Assembly: GCA_041740355.1 (NCBI GenBank)
Contig: JBGSMD010000006.1
Span: 85,663-149,662 of the forward strand
Reading direction: 5' to 3'
Length of the DNA stretch: 64,000 bases
Source of the DNA: Bdellovibrionota bacterium
Lineage (GTDB): Bacteria > Bdellovibrionota_C > UBA2361 > CALJRW01
Under the pieces are notes generated by a model. That model did no database searches. It saw only the letters and a program-made list of their open reading frames with translations, and was not told where the DNA came from. Shown piece by piece: positions 58,555 to 64,000 of this stretch. The translations under genes were made by a program, and so were the position numbers. How positions within the stretch are numbered: position 1 is the stretch's first letter; each line of letters begins with the position of its first letter.

Positions 58555-59082
58555 TTAAGGGCAAAAACCCTTAAATCCGGTAAACTTAACTGGTGTTAGT
58601 TTCCCCGCACCACCCAAACCCAAGCTTGAACTACTTAGCACTTAACTTTCGTCAGTTGATGCTGTGCAATGCAGAACAACTACGTAATACTGAAGAGGCG
58701 TTAGACTAGTTTTCCCCATAAAAGCGAATGTAAATAAATCCTTGTCACTTATTATACCTGGAATTAGACTGTTGAGTAAATTATTAGGCATTGAATTGCC
58801 AATGCCTATGCTTACATATCCATTGGATGATGCCCACAATCCTCCAATATACATGGTTACAGAGGAATTAATAGGAGCAGTAATCCCCACCTTAAATTCA
58901 TCACTAATAGTTTCAAGCGCCGTAAAGATGTCTTTTGTATATAATCGTGCTTTGGCTAATTTTGCATAATTACGATATTCATTAAATGAAGCTACGCTAG
59001 TGGCCACAAGTATTCCTACAATAGCAGTGGTAACCAAAAGCTCTACTAAAGTAAAACCCTTATATGGATTCAATAGGGTCAT
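58555..59082 (-). pseudogene. Type IV pilin-like gene with internal TAA (ORF 58642-59082 plus 28 in-frame codons)
   Basis: KGFTLVELLVTTAIVGIL prepilin motif. After TAA at 58642-58644 the frame reads VLSSSSLGLGGAGKLTPVKFTGFKGFCP*, supplying a second Cys. Confidence 0.65.
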
Positions 59083-59380
59083 TATGATTTATATTATTGT
59101 AAATTGAATTGCTTACGAAATGGATTAGCATAGATCTTTCTTAAGTGAGTAATATATAAATTATACTAGATAAGGTCTATCAATTGCAATGTTAAATTTT
59201 TTTGTTGATGAGTAAATGAAGAATTGGATAACCTATTTCAACAACAAGTGTAAACTTTGCTGATGAATTCCTTTCAATTTATTACAACTCATCAGAAGAA
59301 TGCATGCTATTCTTCATTGTATCGCTTGAATTCTATTACTTTCATCATTATCAAGTAAAGCAGCTTAATTTCAAATTAAT

Positions 59381-59995
59381 ATGAATAATATATTACACTC
59401 TCATTACCTAGGCCGTGAAACCTTCGGCGATCCAAAAAACATCGGCAAATTACTAACCAACGCAGAAGCACTGGAAATTTTAAATAGTTGGGTGCCAAAT
59501 GATCGTTTAAAGCTGCATATGAAGCAGGTCGCTGCTGTTATGTTTGCTTGGGCCAAGGAGATTGAAGGGCTTGATGACCTCACTGCCCGTAAGTGGGAAT
59601 TAGCTGGTTTATTACATGATGCTGATTGGGAAAAAGATCCTGCAGGACATTGTCGGGTTATTATTGAAGAGCTAGAACGAAGAGCGATCGATCCAGAAGT
59701 GATACGTTGTATCGCTTGTCATAGCCCCAGGTATTTTGGCGTTGAGCCAGAAACTAAAATGGAAAAAATGATTTATGTTTTTGATGAGCTCTCGGGGCTG
59801 ATTCATGCTGCCGCGCTAATTCGCCCCACAAAATATGACGGGATGGATGTTAAAAGTGTGATGAAGAAAATAAAAAACTTATCGTTTGCTGCCCAAGTGA
59901 ATCGGGATGATATTACTGATGCCATTAGTCGAATTGATAATTCATTGCAGGAGATTGTTCAGTTTATTATCGATCATCAAAGCAATATTGAATAA
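59381..59995 (+). CDS. HD-domain hydrolase
   Basis: H...V...M, AGLLHDAD, DELSGLI.AAALIRP, FAAQVNRDDI. Confidence 0.88.
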   Translation: MNNILHSHYLGRETFGDPKNIGKLLTNAEALEILNSWVPNDRLKLHMKQVAAVMFAWAKEIEGLDDLTARKWELAGLLHDADWEKDPAGHCRVIIEELERRAIDPEVIRCIACHSPRYFGVEPETKMEKMIYVFDELSGLIHAAALIRPTKYDGMDVKSVMKKIKNLSFAAQVNRDDITDAISRIDNSLQEIVQFIIDHQSNIE

Positions 59996-60032
59996 GCAAG
60001 AATCCTATTGGGTGAGATTCGTGACTAATTTG

Positions 60033-60048
60033 TATGACCTAGATCATA
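60033..60048. promoter_or_regulatory. Palindromic TATGA-N6-TCATA box (CRP/FNR-like)
   Basis: TATGACCTAGATCATA upstream of 60106; near-identical box at 60754-60769. Confidence 0.5.
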
Positions 60049-60105
60049 GAAGTTAACTAGTGCAAGGGATAGGCTAACTCTAAATATTTTTTATAGGAGT
60101 ACCTA

Positions 60106-60468
60106 ATGTCTAGATCAATTTTTAAAACTGCCACAGTATTAGTTTTATTTTTGTCATTATCTGCTTGTCAGAGTAAGGCATATAAAGTTGCTGAAACGCA
60201 AAATGAAGCTAATTATAAAATCCATGAAGCAAACCAGAAAGCTTTGGAAGAAACAACCGAAGCACAAGTCAAGCATGGAGAAGTTGTGCGAGAGGCTGTT
60301 GTGCCACTTGATAAAGCTAAGCTTGAGTATAATGAAGAACAACGCATCGCAAGTGAAAAAGTTTATAATGCGAATCAAACATTAATCAACAAACAAAATG
60401 TGGCAATTGCCGATGCTAAAAAAGTAGAGGCAGAAGCGACACAAGAAGTTATTGATGCTGCTGACTAA
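60106..60468 (+). CDS. Lipoprotein, helical
   Basis: AGGAG RBS, lipobox LSAC. Confidence 0.85.
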   Translation: MSRSIFKTATVLVLFLSLSACQSKAYKVAETQNEANYKIHEANQKALEETTEAQVKHGEVVREAVVPLDKAKLEYNEEQRIASEKVYNANQTLINKQNVAIADAKKVEAEATQEVIDAAD

Positions 60469-60490
60469 TTTTTTGGTTTTTTACAAGTTT

Positions 60491-60522
60491 AAAGCTGTTA
60501 TCTATGGTAACAGCTTTTTTTT
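60491..60522 (+). terminator. Rho-independent terminator
   Basis: AAAGCTGTTA-N7-TAACAGCTTT followed by T-run. Confidence 0.8.
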
Positions 60523-60753
60523 ATATTTTTTCTGAGACTATTTCCATTCTAATTCGAGGGATAAATTTTGTTGGATTTTAACATGTTTATAGAACTATTA
60601 GTAATAATGATTACTTTCTCTTAATTTAATTACAATTTAAATTTTATTATTAAGATTTTTCATATCACAATTGCTTCTTAACTATTTATATTCTGACAAC
60701 TCAAATCTGACGAACTTCCATCTTAACTAACTAATTTAACAGAATTTTATAGT

Positions 60754-60769
60754 CATGACCGAGATCATA
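60754..60769. promoter_or_regulatory. CATGA-N6-TCATA box (CRP/FNR-like)
   Basis: CATGACCGAGATCATA, 14/16 identical to 60033-60048. Confidence 0.45.
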
Positions 60770-60859
60770 CCGAGATTGATTTTATTTTGTGAAGATACTT
60801 GACGAATTCAAGATGAATTGAATTTGTAATTATATTTAAAATTTTTAAAGGGAATTAAA

Positions 60860-61441
60860 ATGAAAAATGTTTCAGTTTATGGAATTTATCCTTCAGAACA
60901 ACAAACACAAAATGGTGTGAATGCGTTAACTGCTGCTGGGTTTCGACATGAAGATATTTCTGTTTTATTTGCAGATCGAAAATCAACAAAAGAGTTTGCT
61001 CATGAAAATAGTACCAAAGCTCCAGAAGGTGCAACTACGGGTGCATTAACAGGTGGTAGTATTGGTGGATTAATTGGTTGGTTTGCTGGTATCGGTTCTT
61101 TGGCAATCCCTGGTGTTGGTCCACTAATTGCAGCTGGTCCAATCTTAGGAATGTTAGCTGGCGCAGGTGCGGGTGGTGCACTAGGTGGTTTAGCAGGGGC
61201 TCTAATTGGTTATGGAATTCCTGAGTACGAAGCTAAAAGATATGAAGGTCATATTAATGAAGGGGGAGTATTGCTATCTGTTCATGCCGATAACTCAGAT
61301 TGGGCTGATAAAGCTGAGGAAATCTTAGAAGACACAGGTGCTACTGATATTGGTCAAAAAGCTGAAGCTAGCTCAGAAAAAAGTAATACTTCAGATCAAA
61401 ATTCAAGATCGATGAATAACTCTAATCCAACAAGACTTTAA
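60860..61441 (+). CDS. General stress membrane protein (YflT/17M-like, glycine-rich)
   Basis: AGFRHEDISVL, LAIPGVGPLIAAGPI, GIPEYEAKRYE..GGVLLSVH. Confidence 0.85.
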   Translation: MKNVSVYGIYPSEQQTQNGVNALTAAGFRHEDISVLFADRKSTKEFAHENSTKAPEGATTGALTGGSIGGLIGWFAGIGSLAIPGVGPLIAAGPILGMLAGAGAGGALGGLAGALIGYGIPEYEAKRYEGHINEGGVLLSVHADNSDWADKAEEILEDTGATDIGQKAEASSEKSNTSDQNSRSMNNSNPTRL

Positions 61442-61459
61442 TTTTAAAAGAAAATAACG

Positions 61460-62674
61460 ATGAGTAAAATTAAAACATTAAATGATGTATTTATTACCGA
61501 GTTAAAAGATCTTTACAGTGCTGAAAAGCAACTCTTAAAGGCCTTACCAAAAATGCAAAAGAAAGCTAGTAGTTCAAAATTAAAGGAAACTTTAGCGGCG
61601 CATTTAGAGGAAACTAAAATCCATGAAGAGCGTCTGCTAGAAATAGAAAGCATGATGGAAGTAAAGCTATCAGGGAAAACTTGTAAAGCGATGAAAGGCT
61701 TAATTGAAGAAGGAAAAGAAGTGCTAGAAGAAGATTCTGAAAATGAAGCTTTAATTGATGCGCTTTTAATTGGTGCAGCAAGACGTGTGGAGCATTATGA
61801 GCAGGCAGCTTATTGCACTGCACGCGCAATGGCAAAAGCTTTAGGTGAAACTAAAGCTTATGAATTGCTAGCTATGACATTTGACGAGGAAGTTCTTGCC
61901 GATAAGAAACTTTCTGACTTGTTAAATAAAGAAGTGCTATCTTCCTGCCTTGAAGATGAGAGCAGCGAAAATAAAGCACCAAAAAGAAAATCTTCAACTC
62001 TTGAAAAAATAAAAAGTCTGACAGCAGTATATTTGTTGGTTGGTGGACTTAGTTTAATGCTTGGAATGCCTAGTAGCAGTAATGCTCAAAACACCAACGG
62101 AACAGGCACTGCTCCGCAATTTGGTACAAGTACTACCACTACAAATACGGATAAGGGGAATGTCGCTGTTGGTACTACCAATACAATTAATGGAAATAAA
62201 GACTTAAGTCCGAATAATAAAGATATGAGTCCTAAAAATCCTCAAGTTGATCAGCAAGTTCATGGTAGCGGTATCCTAGGCAAGACAGAAAAAGATAACC
62301 TTCGTGTTCCTACTAAACTTGGAAATGATGAAGTATCCCAAATAAAAGGCAAACTTAGTGACGATCGCAATTCCAGACTTGATGTTGATAATTCTGGAAT
62401 CAATCAAAGAGATCGTAGTCCTAATCAGCCGACGGCTGATCGCCAAGCATTAATGGATGATCCAGAAAGCTTAGCGGTTGTTAGAAGAGAACTCGTCGCC
62501 AATTCGGAACTTTCACTTAACGGTCAAAATGTGAAAATTATGACCAGCAATGGTGTAATTACACTTAGAGGTCCTGTGGAAACTGATGCTGAAAAAGATT
62601 GGATTGAAGCAACGGTTATTAAGGTTTTACCAAGTTATAAAGTTGATAATAGAATTGAAGTGCTTGCCAACTAA
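61460..62674 (+). CDS. YciF/DUF892 ferritin-like domain fused via TM to BON domain
   Basis: ELKDLYSAEKQL..ALPKM, CKAMKGLIEEG, VEHYE..Y; internal hydrophobic segment; C-terminal NVKIMTSNGVITLRGPV..VDNRIEV. Confidence 0.85.
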   Translation: MSKIKTLNDVFITELKDLYSAEKQLLKALPKMQKKASSSKLKETLAAHLEETKIHEERLLEIESMMEVKLSGKTCKAMKGLIEEGKEVLEEDSENEALIDALLIGAARRVEHYEQAAYCTARAMAKALGETKAYELLAMTFDEEVLADKKLSDLLNKEVLSSCLEDESSENKAPKRKSSTLEKIKSLTAVYLLVGGLSLMLGMPSSSNAQNTNGTGTAPQFGTSTTTTNTDKGNVAVGTTNTINGNKDLSPNNKDMSPKNPQVDQQVHGSGILGKTEKDNLRVPTKLGNDEVSQIKGKLSDDRNSRLDVDNSGINQRDRSPNQPTADRQALMDDPESLAVVRRELVANSELSLNGQNVKIMTSNGVITLRGPVETDAEKDWIEATVIKVLPSYKVDNRIEVLAN

Positions 62675-62697
62675 TTAGAGGCTTTAACAAGGTTGTA

Positions 62698-62728
62698 ATG
62701 GAGCTTGGTACAAAGTGCCAAGCTCCAT
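62698..62728 (+). terminator. Hairpin after BON fusion gene
   Basis: ATGGAGCTTGGTAC-AAA-GTGCCAAGCTCCAT. Confidence 0.55.
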
Positions 62729-62763
62729 AAGTAAAATTTAAATTAATTATATTAGGAGTTAAA

Positions 62764-63111
62764 ATGAAATATTTTTATAAAATAACATTATTATTATTGC
62801 TAACTTTAGTAGTTGCGATGACCGCTTGTAAAAACAAAACAGAACGAGTCGCAGATGCAGTTAGAGAAGGGAATCAGGAATTAAGAGAAGTAGCAAAAGA
62901 AGGCAACGCCGAAGTTGCCGACGTTGTCAGAGACGAAACAGCTAATTTAAAAGATCTAAATGCTGACGAAGATACAACTCCTGGAGAGAAATTAGATGCT
63001 GAGTTAGATGCTCGAGAAAACATTCAAGATGAGAAGGTCGAGGCGACGAATGAGTATTTGGACGCACGTAAAGATGTAGAAGAAGATATTAAAGATGAGA
63101 TTAACGAGTAG
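62764..63111 (+). CDS. Acidic lipoprotein
   Basis: AGGAG RBS, lipobox MTAC, Glu/Asp-rich helix. Confidence 0.85.
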   Translation: MKYFYKITLLLLLTLVVAMTACKNKTERVADAVREGNQELREVAKEGNAEVADVVRDETANLKDLNADEDTTPGEKLDAELDARENIQDEKVEATNEYLDARKDVEEDIKDEINE

Positions 63112-63133
63112 TAAATTTTATCAATAATACAAA

Positions 63134-63165
63134 GTAAATGGGGAAGTTCAACTTTCCCCATTTAC
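63134..63165. terminator. Hairpin between convergent genes (bidirectional terminator candidate)
   Basis: GTAAATGGGGAAGTT-C-AACTTTCCCCATTTAC. Confidence 0.65.
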
Positions 63166-63287
63166 AATAGGGGATATTCAAAATCACCGTTTCATTCTAT
63201 TCGTCTAATACTGGAAATGTACTAGGAACGAAGCTTGGATGTCGCTATTGTAGCCAATTGGTAATTCTTAATGGTTTATATCTGAAG

Positions 63288-63839
63288 TTAGATGATCTCT
63301 TTCTTAAAAATTGGCTTACCAACTGAGTTTTGATCGCGATACTTACCATCAATATCATAATCAATATCTGTCGGAGTTTTTAGTTCAAAAATAGCCACTC
63401 GAGCAATCTTCATTTTTGGATAAAGTAAGATCGGGTTAGGACCATGATTAGCTAGTTCCAATGTTACGGCACGATTGCGGTGTCCTGGGTAAACAAGCAT
63501 GGCAGTTTGAACGATTGTTAAGCCAATGCGCGCTAGGGTACTTCGTCCTTCGATAAAAAATCCTAAATTACTGCCAACCGTCACTTGTTCGTAAGTGTGC
63601 GCCAATAAAAATTCTTGGGGATTAATAACGTAGGGTTGGTCATCTGTGATAATAAACTCATCGTATTCTGGAAGAATCTTATTTTTAACATCGATAATAG
63701 TTCCCGGTCTTGGTTTAAGTAATGTAGCACCAAGCCTTAAGCTTAATCCCCCAGATTTTACCTGTTCCAGTTCCATGGGTTCAATAACTAAGTTGCCCGA
63801 TTTTAAAGCTTCGGAAATGTCGATATTAGAGTACATCAT
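63288..63839 (-). CDS. dcd: dCTP deaminase
   Basis: LRLG, LAHTYE, EGRSTLARIGL, TLELAN, GKYRDQ. Confidence 0.92.
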   Translation of the reverse strand: MMYSNIDISEALKSGNLVIEPMELEQVKSGGLSLRLGATLLKPRPGTIIDVKNKILPEYDEFIITDDQPYVINPQEFLLAHTYEQVTVGSNLGFFIEGRSTLARIGLTIVQTAMLVYPGHRNRAVTLELANHGPNPILLYPKMKIARVAIFELKTPTDIDYDIDGKYRDQNSVGKPIFKKEII

Positions 63840-63863
63840 AATTTTAGATCTCTTGAAGAAGTA

Positions 63864-63915
63864 TATAGTAATGACAAAAAATAATTTACGTTAGTAAATT
63901 GAATAGAGTCATTAC
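63864..63915. repeat. Partial module C of dispersed element
   Basis: TATAGTAATGACAAAAA ... GTCATTAC (compensatory T-A to A-T change). Confidence 0.5.
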
Positions 63916-64000
63916 GGCTAATGCAAATCTTGGTTTTATCCAAGTTTGCATAGCTAAAAACAACATTAATAGTGAGTTCAAGCAAAATCGTTAATCATTT

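Noticed and set aside
58642-58644. Alternative genetic code or TAA readthrough to explain the pilin stop
   Set aside because: TAA terminates many conserved genes in this window at their expected ends.

Overview
AT-rich (about 35-37% GC by eye) chromosomal window from a diderm bacterium. Gene content such as the Geobacter-type PutA halves, DUF4390-NtrY, PrkA/YeaH/SpoVR and type IV pilins suggests a deltaproteobacterial or Bdellovibrionota-like lineage (inference). Most of it is housekeeping (rdgB, trmL, fpr, map, mrcB, yebC-ruvA, pckG, ruvB, pgsA, smc-ftsY, panB, purF, dcd), envelope glycosylation/acylation (three GT-C enzymes, GT2, AlgI/AlgJ-like pair) and stress genes. The left end holds the tail of a degenerate type III secretion locus (SctT-like, SctU-like without its NPTH domain, SycD-like chaperone) next to two divergent FliA-like sigma factors. 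The strongest unexplained signal is a dispersed, about 145-bp composite intergenic element: five clear copies and several degenerate ones. It is built from four related 17-bp TATAGTnAnnnCAAAAA arms, has TA ends, shows compensatory and G-U covariation in its stems, and forms -10 boxes at its ends facing neighbouring genes (Correia/RUP-like MITE or structured RNA). Other points of interest are two single-lesion inactivated type IV pilin genes, a naturally split PutA, an SMC with an acidic head insertion, a YciF-TM-BON fusion and a multi-hairpin GC-rich element. I recognised no tRNA, rRNA, CRISPR array or transposase.
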